A stretch of DNA of 64,000 bases from Adineta vaga (Eukaryota > Animalia > Rotifera): the NCBI GenBank assembly GCA_021613535.1, contig CP075495.1:6944001-7008000 (forward strand). The letters are read 5' to 3'. The translations under genes were made by a program, and so were the position numbers. Shown piece after piece: positions 37,615 through 50,900 of this stretch (positions within the stretch are counted from its first letter, which is position 1; every line of letters starts with the position of its first letter). Under the pieces are notes generated by a model. That model saw only the letters and a list, made by a program, of their open reading frames with translations, was not told where the DNA came from and searched no databases.

Positions 37615-39905
37615 TTATAAAATAATTTGATTTTTCGAGCTTGAATTAAGTTCTTTATGTGGTAGAACAATTGCATTAAGAACAACAATTTCACCTGGAA
37701 TGGAAACATTATTACCTAAAAGTAGAAAAATATATATATCAATTAAGAAAAAAATATATGTTTTGTTTTCTTACCAATAACTGTAATCGATGGATGTAAT
37801 TTGCCATCTTGAAATAACGAATCTTTTTCAATTTTAGAAAATTGTCGATTTGGATCGGGATCTAAAATGAATATTTCATTCTTTTTCAAAAAAATTCTAT
37901 TTTTATTAACTTACCATTAGGTGTTCCTTCGACACGACTCCATGGACCAATTGTTGAATTCCATGCAATAATCGAATAGAGTATACAACAGTGATCCTAG
38001 ATGAACAATTGTTTTTGATTGATGATTATTTTAAACAAACATTCATACTTGTAAAACACAATTGCCTAATATAATCGATTCTCTTACACGAACGCCATAA
38101 CCAATTGTTACATCTTGACCAATGGATACATTTGGACCCAACTGAAATCAATTTTTTCGTACGAAAAAATTATTCTATTCAATGCTTACTTACCACAGCT
38201 GTTGGTGCAACACATGCTGTTGGATGAATAAATACATCACCAATCTAAACAACGAAATAAATTGATAATTTCCATATTTTGTTTTTCTATAAAAATAGTT
38301 CCTACAATTGTAGGTCCATTAGATTCGTTTCGTTGAGCTAAACGTTCGGGATGATACATTCGATAAATTTCAAGATAATGTCGATTGGCGTAAATCACCG
38401 AACTATAGAAAAGAACACATTAGAATTCGTCAAGGACATTCATCGTAATTTACAACAACGGATAGATTCTATACAACATTTTTTACCTTGGATTTTTTAT
38501 TGCAGTCCAAAATCGATTTGCCATTGGAAAGACATATAATTGACCAGTACCCTAAAATATCGATTAATTCAAGGAATTATTTTCATTTCAACTTACTCCT
38601 AATTTCGATAACACATCTTTTTCTAATCGAATATTTTCTCGAGCAAATCCAGAATCATAAGTTGGTAATGAGAGTGCTGCTTCACTAAAGAACAAAACGA
38701 ATTCTTTCAGTATCTATTAAGATAAAAACAAACAAACTAAGCATTCAATCATTCAATTTTCGTTCTTTGTCTAAAAATCTTTCAACATCAAGTAAAAAGC
38801 ATCGGGATTTTTTTCAGTGCTGAGCAGAGGAACAACTAAGGGGAACATGCAAAAAAAATGTGGAAGTAGAAAAAAACACAACATGAATATTAATTTACTG
38901 AAAAATAGGCTGTGATTCACTAGAAGAAATAGAAATGAGAAAAGTTTGTAAATAAAACAATTCGATTTACTTGTAAAGTTGTTGATTGTTTCGATAGGTT
39001 TCCGCTAAAATTTGAAATATCATTTTATGAAATAAATATACACCACAATTGATAGTTGTTGAAACAAATGTCGATGGTTTTTCGACATAATGTTTTATTT
39101 CATGCGTTTCTTTATCCCATGCTATACAACCATAATTTGTCGATTGTTTTTCAGTAGCCTAGAGATAGATATAGATTGCTGAACATGTTGTGTCATAGTA
39201 TATTCGAAAACATTATTTAATTCAACTAAAATCTATCTTCATGAAATATTTCGAAAGAATTGATTGATTATAGAGAAATTAAAATATTTTGATCAACTCA
39301 CTTCAGTGCCTAAAATCGTAAATCCTTTTTCTCCAACACGTTCTCGATGAAATTGTAACATTTCAACCAATGGTAGATCAGCGCAAATGTCTCCATTTAT
39401 AACAAAGAAAACGTCCTTATCCGATACATTCGATTTAATTAAATCACGAAAATGATAAATACCACCTCCTGTGCCCAATGATGCGTATTCTTGTAAATAA
39501 CTAAAATCGGAAGTATTACTTCCTCAATCCGATATATTCATTTAAATCTTACCGAATCGATATATTAAATGTTTGTTGAGCATTAGCAATAAAACGTGAT
39601 AAAGCTTCATTAGGTTGATAACATCCAATAAGAAGAATTTCACGTAATTCACGTAACTTTATTTAGAAAAAAAATCGAAATGATTTGTTTTTCATTATGA
39701 TATTTTCTGATCTTACTTGAGCACATGATTCAATCAAATGATGAAGAATTGGGTGACCAGCAATCGGAAATAATGGTTTGGGAATTTCCAAAGATAATGG
39801 ACGAAAACGAGTTCCTAATGAAAGTGATAGGTAAAACATATACTTTCTCTCAAAACGAATTCTACCTTTTTGAAGACTACCAATAAGAATTACTGCTTTC
39901 AACAT
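37615..39905 (-). CDS. GMPPA: Mannose-1-phosphate guanyltransferase alpha (GMPPA)
   Basis: [68 protein letters not shown], hexapeptide repeats ([17 protein letters not shown]), [14 protein letters not shown] and C-terminus KNQIIL*. Confidence 0.96.
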
Positions 39906-42553
39906 GATTTTCAAATCTACAAAACAAGAAATACTAACGAATAAAAAGTTCTTCTTCACACATATCTCTTTCTACACTCATTCATTAATCATCATACTAA
40001 GAATCAATTTTTGAAGAATAATTAAAATACAACTCTATATGATAGTCTGTAACATACGGAAGTTCATCAAGAACAAGGTAGACTAAAACAAAATCACCGT
40101 TGACAAAACCTTATTTGACATTGAATATCAATGAGTCATTATTTAAGTTTTTATTTTCATATGTAATCAATTCATCATTCTCTGCAACACTTTTTTCATA
40201 TTCTTATCATATTTTCCGAAATTTACCGATCTATCTAAACAAAATTCATTTGTTAAAATCTTCGATAGATGGCGTCATTATCCTCTTAATTGAATCATAT
40301 GAAAAATATTAGAAAATCGAATATTTACATCAAAATGAAATAATTTTGTTTTTATTTATTTTTTCTTCAAATGAATTTATTTAAATATTTATTATTCGCC
40401 TACATATGAACAGTCCAACGAAAAGCAAATCAAAAATAATGTATAACATTCTCTCTCTCACATTATAATTACAACGATCAATGACTTCGATATATTTAAT
40501 AACTTTTCCATTCAGTATTCTTTTCTCAAACCAAAAATGATGCTTCATTTTTATCTACATTATTCATCGTTCAGACTAAAACCTCATTTCAACAAACCGA
40601 GTGTAAGTTATATTTACTTATCGAAAGTAAACTATATATATATACAACGTTTGTAAATATTATAAGAAAATATGCTAGGTACATCATCTAATTTCAATAG
40701 GAAATGAATTATTTCTACATCATTTGAATATTATTTCTGGGAGAAAGATAACCTTTCTTTTTTTTTCTATGGAAAGGAAGTACAATTGAATGAGTTAGTT
40801 CATTTTAGTGAATATTACTTACATAAAATAGCTTTGCTTTAATAATCTTCTAAAGAAATTGAGACATATAGATTTAATGTATTTATAAAAACTAGAATTC
40901 AATGAGGAAATTTTTATTATTCATTTTCAAGTCTAATTGAAAGAAGAATGATGTATTAAGCATAAGTAAAGAGAATAAATCATTTTATGAATTAAATTCA
41001 CCGACACAAAGATAATTATTTGAAAACTGTGTCTATGTCTTACACTTTTCTTTTTCAATAACATAACTTAAGATAAAGATAAAACCTTCCAAAACAAACC
41101 CACCTTATTTCTCCATTTCTTATCTCGATTTTTATAGAACACAAGTAATGGATTCACGAAGTTTTCTTTTACAACATTATTTTGTCACATACATCAACTA
41201 CAAGACAACTAGTTTATATAAATGTCAAATTGTATTCATAAAGTCATTGATCATGGAGAGAATTTTTTACTATTACTATAAATATATTAGTTAATACTCT
41301 GTTCATTGTAGATTTAAAGGAATACTAGGGTACAACAACAACATTTTCCATACTTCATCTTTTCATCATTGTTATTCTATAATTTAATCAACCAATATCT
41401 GGTTAATGTTAAATATTGATGGATAAAGAGTAGTCCTTTCTTTTTATGTTTCATTTATCTGTGCTTATTTAACATGTCGAAGATTAGTTCTGGTAATATT
41501 TACATTCATACAAAAGGATCTATTTGACTAACATCTAGTTCACTAGAGATTCATAAATATATTATGATTTTAGTTACTTTGTTTGAGGAAGGAACATTTT
41601 CCTCTTCTTCTTTAAACAACTAGAAGGGAAAACTGATATTAGAAATATGATGCTATTCTTTGAAGTTTTTCTCTTAAATGACATACTTATTGTATGATTA
41701 AGAAACAAACTGTCGTATTAAGAATATTTTTCTTCTATGTAGACGATAGGAAGAATTTTCTGACAATGATGTTCAAGTCTCACGGTACGGTTAACATCAC
41801 GTTCATTATTTAACTTTTCTCTGCCACGATGATGACGGGTAGAAAAGAAAAACGGCGAGAAGCAAAAGAAATACACGAGAAAAAAAGAGCAAAGACGCGT
41901 GCAGGTGTGCGAATCTCGTCTGTTTGTTATATTCTCTTGTTTTAGACGGTTGTTGTGATACTCGTAGATTTTTTTTCTAGGCAAGAAAAAAAGAAAATGA
42001 CAAGAATAGAGACCAACGTTCAAGTGTATTTCATGTACAATACAATACCTATACCCTTTTCCTTTTTTTTGATCAGTGCGAAAAACAAGAGGTTAAATGT
42101 AGCAATAGAATCGTTTTCTTCTTTTCGACTAGGTTTCTCTTTTCCTCTCCTTTCCAATATTGCCTTGAGTTTTTTTTTCGTTTCTGTGTACACATATATA
42201 TACATGCTTTTTTTGTATAGAATGAAGCATTAGTTTGGCATAAACAACAAATCCTTTTCTTATTTTTTTCGTCTTCGACTTTTTTTTTTCTCTTGTACTT
42301 TATAACTATCGTTAATGTATTCAGCGTGAAATATCGATAGACAGGTAATGAAGACTCTAAAAAAGAAAAGAAAACCACTTTATTTTCTAGATGGTTTATT
42401 ATCATAGACAATTTCGCATGCTAAATCGAAGAAAAATAAAATAGATTGTTTTCCAAACGACGTTGCGCAATTTAATTTTTTGTTTCATTCAAACAATTTC
42501 TTCAAACGAGTTTATTTAACGATCAATAAGACAATGCAGCAGTCGTTGTCGTA

Positions 42554-45500
42554 ATGTTCGATGGAAACACACGTAAGTGAATCGATTGAAATCTTCTTTT
42601 TTTTATCAGTATCTTTTCATTGTAGCTGACGTAACTGTACCCACGCAGCAACGTCAACCAAATAAATTATCTTTTGAAGAAATGGGAAATGAGTTGCTCG
42701 ATGCCATGCAGAGTATACTTATTTGTCTTGATAATCATCATATTATCATTGATGTATCTAAAACAGTGAAACATTATTTGGGTTTTGATCAAGTTAGTTA
42801 TTATAAGAAGAAGAGACTTGTTAAATAAAAACACGATAAATCTACTTTTGTTTTAGAATGAGATCATTGGTATATCAATATTATTACTTGCTGAAGACAG
42901 TGAACGAGATTCATTTTTGAAATTTCTTAATGGTATATCACAATGTAAGCAGAACTTTCTCTTTGATTTTATGAAAGAAAATCTATTCGAATGAAAATAA
43001 TCCGCAGATTTGCTTACTTTATCCACGTATTTTCATTAATCTCCCTAGTTGAGCTGAATACACGTAGATACATACTCACACACACGTTAGATTATTGAGG
43101 GTTACTAAATAGCAGTCCTAGTGAATTATTCAATATAAAATATAAAAAAAGTACATGCTCGACGCTAATGAGCACGAAAAGAATCGTGATGAAAAACAAT
43201 TGAATCACTTTATGAGTATAAAGATTTCACAGAAAAGTAACATATGTCATGTAGATCAACTCAGGAAATACAACTACACATCATATGAATTAAACAAGTA
43301 GATATGAATACGAATTTCCTATCACAGAAGAAAAAAATTCGAATTTATTATTGATTCACTATTGAACTGTGAAATGATCTATCGATTATTGTATGTCTAT
43401 TAGACTTAAATCTGTTTCTTTTATCTGTAGCTAATGATGATATTTATTGTGTTCGTATGATGATTAATAGTATCAATGAATATCGACAAGTAAAAATTCA
43501 ACGAAAGAAAAAACAAAATCAAGATATTTTTGGTAAATATTTTCCACAAATCTTGTTTTAATTCTATTTCTTCGATGTTTTTGCTTAGATGTTGATTCAA
43601 CAACGCCACGATATAGTAGTTCTATTGAAACTATTCTTGTCATAACTTTAGAAGATTCATCCTATATTGATATCACACTTTATGATATTCATAAACAAGA
43701 ATTCTATACGAAAATGAATCTAGTTGGTGAAATTATTTTTGAAGATCATCGAGGTGCTTTAATTACTGGTTATCTCCCACATGAATTATATTCTCAATCG
43801 ATATTTAATTTTGTTTATCACGAAGATCGACTAGTTAAATTGCATGCTCTCTGGAAATGTATGTCAGGCAAACTAGAAGAAAAAAAATGAAAATAGACTC
43901 TTGTTTTTAGGTGTCACAACTGGTTCTAGTAAATTACAATGGCGTTTGAATGCACGTGACGGTTCCTTAGTTTTTCTTCAAACTGAATATAAATTAATAT
44001 CCGATGAAAAAGATCAGGATATAATTACAGCTCGAAATGAAGTTTTAAGGTTTGAATATATTTTCGAATAAATTTCATCATCGATTTCTATGAATTAGTC
44101 CGGTACAAATATCCCAGTTTGATGAATTACAAACTGCATGGAAACATCAATGTGCAGCAGACATAAAAGGCAATAGTTCATCATTTAAAATAAGTATGTT
44201 AACTCAAAACATAGAATTTACCTTGAACACGTAATATATAAAAGGAAATAAAAATTTGCAACAAAAATGTTTATTTATAACTTTGATATTAAACTTTTAG
44301 TAAAAAAAATAATGTATTTCTATTCTAGTTTCATCATCGGATAATGATACAACATCCACATCAAATGGTGAATGTCGTATTTGTGTTCCTTCATTAAACA
44401 TGTGTTTCATAACAAATAAATTACAACCATTAAATTTACAAGGAAATATCTTTGATGCTTCAAAACTTGCACGTCCATTAACTATACAAGATTATATTCA
44501 TATTTTAATTGATCATGATAAACATATGGATAATGAATTAGTAAACATGGTCAATAGTATCCAATCATTAACAGCACGTTATAGACGATTAAATGATATG
44601 GAAAAAGATCCAAAAGATCCTTCAGGTAGCACACATATCATACAGCTTTGATTTTCAAATAAAAAAGTCAATCTGTGATATATATATATATGTATATTTT
44701 TGTTGTTTGAATTTTTGTAAACCAAAATTTTTGTTTTTTGTAAATAATTTTTTAATTTTTCCAATAGATATATCAATTGATGAAAAATTTCAATCGGGAT
44801 CTCTAAATGATTTATCTTTTCGTCGGAAGAATGATTCCGATTCGATTGTACGTGGAATACTTAATAATTCAGTAAAATATAATCATGAAAATCAATCTGG
44901 TTTGTATTATTACAAAAGAAAAAACGAAAACCCTAAACAAAATCGAATTCTTTTCTATAACAGTAGCTGATTCCGCAACATCTATCAATCAACTTCTGAA
45001 TACGAATGGAAATTCTCGACCATTATCAACGACTCGTATTCGACCAAACCAAACAAAGGTTTAAACAGAAGTTTTTAACTAATTAAGTTTATCAATTCAT
45101 TTCATAGTCGAATCCTACGACAGCAAATCTGGAAAGTTTTCATCAGCAACATATCGATTTTTTAAGAAAATACAAAGCAGGTTTGTTTAATCCTTAAATC
45201 TATTCGTATAACGTCTGATTAATTAATCAAGATTATTCGAGAAAACAGATGTTAGAATTTGTATTTCAAAGATATTGAATAAATGTTCAATTGAATCTTT
45301 CATTTTTTTTTAGCTAAAGCAAAATTAGAATCTCAATTAGAACTTGCTCGTAGTCAAGAAGGAATGAATATTAATCAACCAAACGATTTAGCTAAACGAG
45401 TAAAAGAAATCTTACAAAATTTTATTCCTTCATTTTCTTTTCTATAAATTAGAATGCAATATTGAATAAATTATCTCAATTAGAAAATATTAAAAATAAA

Positions 45501-45968
45501 CATTTAGCACGTCGACATGATGGCCAACGACATGTAACTACAACAGCTGTTCCTGTGAATAATATTGAGCAAAAAGATTTCTTAAATAGTCTTTTTTCAT
45601 CTTCATCATTATCATCATCATCGAATTCAAATGGATTATTATCAACTGACAATGCTTTAACATCTATTCCATCACCATTATCATCATTATTTTCGTCTAT
45701 AAATGATCAATCATCTTCCTATTCATCAACTTATCAATATCAACGAAGTTCTTCTCAACAATTTGATTCTGGCCAATCTCCTGCATACATAGATGTGAAA
45801 ACACCTTTGTTTGATGAATTTTCTAATCCTCCTTCATCTTCTTATATACCGGTTAATAATAATAATACGTCAACATACATGAATATGTCATACCAAGGAA
45901 CAACAAATGATTCAAACAATTCATCTACTTTTCCTAATCATCAACAACATTCAACATATCATTATTAA
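42554..45968 (+). CDS. PAS-A/PAS-B protein related to bHLH-PAS factors (Clock/Met-like); no bHLH seen
   Basis: PAS-A: ELLDAMQSILICLD..HIIIDVSKTVKHYLGFDQ-NEIIGISI. PAS-B/PAC: EFYTKMNLVGEIIFEDHRGALITGYLPHELYSQSIFNFVYHED...QWRLNARDGSLVFLQTEY. These are followed by a short coiled coil and a Ser/Asn-rich tail. The 5' end is uncertain. Confidence 0.8.
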
Positions 45969-47927
45969 TGTATCATTAATGTACAGTTTTGTATTTCTCA
46001 ATCAACTGTGATTTGTTTTCATTTCTTTTTATTTATCATATATGGGATAGTTATTTTACTTTTTCTTTTCTAACTTACTTGATGATTATCATATTCATAT
46101 TCATTGTTGCTCAAAAAAAAGGAAAACGAGAGTATATGATTTATTCGAAATATCAACATGTTCAAAATACAGATAGAAAAAGGAGAACATTTGAATGTTT
46201 ATGTAGTTTCGTTATTCTTTTTTTTTTCTTTCTTGTATGATTATCTATATATGTTGTTTTGTCTGCAATAGATTTCATCTTGTTGAACAGTGTTTTGTGA
46301 AACTAGTTTTCTTTCTATTTGTGTCAACGTATCTTTTTCTTTTTGTTGATTTTTTTTAAATGAACAGCATCAGGCATAAAAAAACAAAATGAAAATCTCG
46401 TTCACACAATCGATCATTTTCATTAGCAATGACTAATTTATTATTTTCTCTTGAGCAACATTTACACCTTTTACGATATTGATAGGAAATTAATCAGTTA
46501 AATATTGTACACTAGTAAATGGTCAGGCAAACATTCGAAAACAGATGTATTTGTTTCTCTTCTCATGCTTCAATTTATCATTAATAATCATATCTTTCAC
46601 ATGCATTTCAATTTACTGTCGACATGGTAATAAGTGAAGAAATTAAAAAAGAATGACAAGATAAGATGATCGTTTTGGATATATTTGTAATATAGAACAA
46701 AAATGACATTCAGACAAAAGACCAAAGTGTTTACTAGCAGCAAAGAATTGAGAAGACATAAGTATTGAATCGAGATTGTTTTTTATCATCACGTAAGTAA
46801 ATAATCAAATATTAACAAGAGAACAATTTTCATTTATAGAAAAAGAAAAAAGAGAAACAAGTGATGAAAGTAAATAGTAGACTATCGAAAAAAGAAATAT
46901 GCAACTGACTTTCTCTATCTCTCACGTAACCTTGACTAATCTTACTTTCTTTTTTTTCCTTCTTCTTTCACATTCCTTGGTGTTTTGATAACGTATATTT
47001 GTCAATAATACATATTCGTAGGAAGAAACGCGAAAAAAAATCCAAATCAATATTGCAGAATATCCAATACACAATAATATATTCAAATTATTTATAGACG
47101 TACCACACAAATATGTAATACAGACAGGAAAAAATTACCGTCTACTTCGTTTTTCTTTCACACTCGTGATAATATTCTATCTGACACATTATTTCTGGTG
47201 TATTAAATCAGATTTGTTATGACATCCTTTCAAGATTTTTCATCATATATTACTTAACAAGATGATAGATTCTTCAATTTTACAAAACATTTGTGAATAG
47301 AATCGATTTTAAGATTGTCTTGAATTACATTAAACAATTTGTATTGGTAAGAAATCTTCTTTAATTTTAACTTTATTTATCTTATTATACGCACGATGAA
47401 TATCGACAAAATCTCTATCAATCAAAAGTTAGGTTCTTATCTGTATATATTTCGATAGAATCTATTATTTGATATATGTTCTGTTCTGTATCATTACTGA
47501 CAGAATTAAGAATATAGAATAAATAGTATCTATTAGAATGATTAAACTATCATTTATCTTCCGTTCGTTCGAGTTTTCTTCTCTCCTAGGAATTCATACC
47601 AATCGAGCGATAGATGTCATCTTATAATCTTTCATTAAAAATAAGATTTGATTTATTTTTCTTTCAATTCATATTTCACAATAAAAGAATCGAAAACTTA
47701 TATGAAGAAAAATATCATCAAAAACTTGATTAACATGGATTGTAGCGTAACCATTGACTCGTCTATAAAGAGGACGAACATTATCGATGGCTGTGATGAA
47801 TAATGATTGTGTATGTGTTGTGTGTGTGTGTGTGTATATACGACCATTAAATTACAATCTGAGGAAAACAAATTTTCTAAATAGTTTTTATTTGAAAATA
47901 ATTCTATTCGATTTTTAGATTTATTTC

Positions 47928-50900
47928 ATGAGGAATAATATCTCGAATTTAAACGATCAAGAAAATAGTTCTATTGATTATTTACAAACGTTTTCAAATC
48001 CTATTGAAATTTCTTTTCTCATCGTGGACTCACTAGTTTCGAATCAATCCGTCAAATCATCATTATGTCCAATCTGCCATTACAATCAGCAGTAATTCAT
48101 AATGATGATAATGATGAACAAAACAATCCATCAGTAAATAAATTCTCTACACTCAACAGTCGAATAACATCACCATTAATTATTAAACGACAACAAAATA
48201 TTGAAACAGAAATAGCTAATAATCAAGCGTATGATGAAATACACGATTTACAACCAAAACATTCCTCAATCAAAAAGTTTGTTATAATTGTTCTTGGTGT
48301 TTTTTCTCTTCTCAAATTCAAATTTTGATTTTCTTTACAGAACAAACAATGATCATTTAAATCAATATAATCAAACAAAATCAAATAGTTCTCATGATTT
48401 AATGCAAGGCAATTATTATGATCAAACGCGTTATGATCTCAATTCTTCGTCATCAAATCATTTGTCTGATCCACAATTAATACATATTAATGTTGATGAA
48501 TATAAAAAAGTAAGGATACATTCGAAAATTTCTTTCTTTTCTTTTTTTCTTCATATCATTCGATATAAAGAATGTCATTGATGCACACGAGTATCGTTCA
48601 TTGATCGTTTCGTGAGAGAATACAGCAAACCTATTGTTATTGTCTGTCTGCATATGTCTTTCTTTCTTCTTTTTTTTTTGTGAATATATAGATGCGCTGA
48701 TAGGTATATTGTGTCGGTATGTGCATATATATATATATAAAGAGAGAGAGATATGTGACAGCAGGTTGTATGTTACTAAGGCAGAGAACAGCGAATAACA
48801 ATGATGTGTTCTTTTCTTTCCTTTCTTATATCCAATGCTTTTTTTAGACGATTGCTCCAAATTCGATAGGCAAAAACAATACCAACAAAACTCGTTCAAG
48901 TTCACCACCATTTGGTCATACAAGTGAATCTATTCAACAAGGTATCGCTCAAAGTGCGGGGATACTTCTTGAATTGAATAAAAAACAACATCAACCGAAA
49001 CATTCAATGAAAAATAACTATAAATCTCATGAACGAGCAGTTATAGATTATCAGCTATCGAATGATAACGAAACGAATAAACAACGTTCATTATCATCAT
49101 CATCATCATCGTCGTCGTCACCGGATTGTTCAGCATCAGATTCTTCATCATCAAATAAATCTCAAGGAGAACGTGAAAAAACCAATATTCCCTATGAAAA
49201 ATTAACAAATGATGAAGATGAAGATGATGAAAACAATGAAAGATTAACAGAACAAATAAAAAAACCTGCAACAGAATCGACAGCATTCTTAAATAAAACT
49301 ACTCCTCAAACGTATGGTACGCAATCAATAAATGAACGTAGTAAATATCTTGCTAACAATGGTTATAATTCACATGGTTCATCAATAACAACAAAATCAT
49401 CATCAGACAATAGTGGAAGTGTACGTACAAATTCCGGTTCAGATAATGATGAAGAATCTGATGAAGAACATTATAACAATTCAACTGTATCAAATAATTC
49501 TCACTCAACATCATCAAAATCAGTATGTAGAAAGAAAGAAGAGTAAAAGTTTCGAAAAAAACAACCTTTTACTCAATTTTGTTCTAGACAAACAAACCCA
49601 ATGATATTCATTATTCATATTCAAGTACGAATTGATTTTTTTCTTTTTTATTGTATACAAGCAAAAAAGAACGATGAATCTTTACATTTTTGTTAGATGA
49701 ACAAAATAGTTATCAATCAGAACGATCGAATACTAGTCGTTCGGAACAAATTGGTAATAATGATGAACATCATTTACAAGTACCTCGTTTAAAACAACTT
49801 CCTAATGATGGTAAGTTTTGCCTATTTATTTCTTCTCTTTCGAATATAAAACGGCAAATCATTTTCTTTCTTCTTCTTTTTTTTGTTCATATTCCTATTC
49901 ATACTTATGATGACTTGACTAGAGAGTAATTTCAGACGATTTTTAAATGCCTCGACAATGAACTACATACATATACGCGCGTATACATATGTATTTAAAA
50001 GCTGAGTCATGCTCTTGTTTTCATATCATCGAAATCGATGCAAAGGATGGGCAGAGGAGAAGAAGAAGAACAAAAAAGAACGAATCAAGCGAGAAATACT
50101 AAGTTGCACAAGTGTACTATACCATTCATATTACTACCATCTCTTTCTTTCTTTCTTTCTTTCTTTTTCTCTTCTCTTCTTTATAAGTATCAACCAACCG
50201 ACCGACCGAATAGTAGCCGTGTCGCTCTACTTTTCTCTCTCTTCTCCTCCCTCTTATCTCATTTTTCATTATGATTATCACTCCTTCGACATAATCACTA
50301 TCTATCTCCTCATCATATGACAATATAGCGGTCAAAATCATCTCCATTCATTAAACAATCATCATGATCATTTCCATATCCAGGTGGATATATAATTCCA
50401 TTGTGTCAGATTTAGACAAAATATGGCCTCGGCCGTCAATAATGTATTTATATTATAAACTATCCGAAAATCTTCTTTATATTCCACATAGTGGTAAGAA
50501 TATCAGCGAAGGAAAAAAGTTTATCATTGAGTCAGTGTTTTTCTTCATTGTCAATCTATTAAGAGAATGACAAATTATTCATTTTTGTTTTTTTCTTCAT
50601 ATCACAGATCTAAACAGCAATAGCAATCTTAATAAATTAAATTCTGGTACTGATTACACAACACTTCCTTATACATCAAAGTGGCCTTTGCAACAATCAT
50701 CTGTTAATCAAACGAATACTTTATCATCATCTAGTCATCAGAATCGGTAAATTACAAAGTTTTCCTTTCTAAAGAAAGATACAAATCAGATCTTATCTTT
50801 TCTTCTCTAATAGAAATCTTGTCGAACTTCAGGAACAACAGCAACAACAATATCATTCCAATTTATCTCGTAATAATTCACGACAACATCAAACTCGTAC

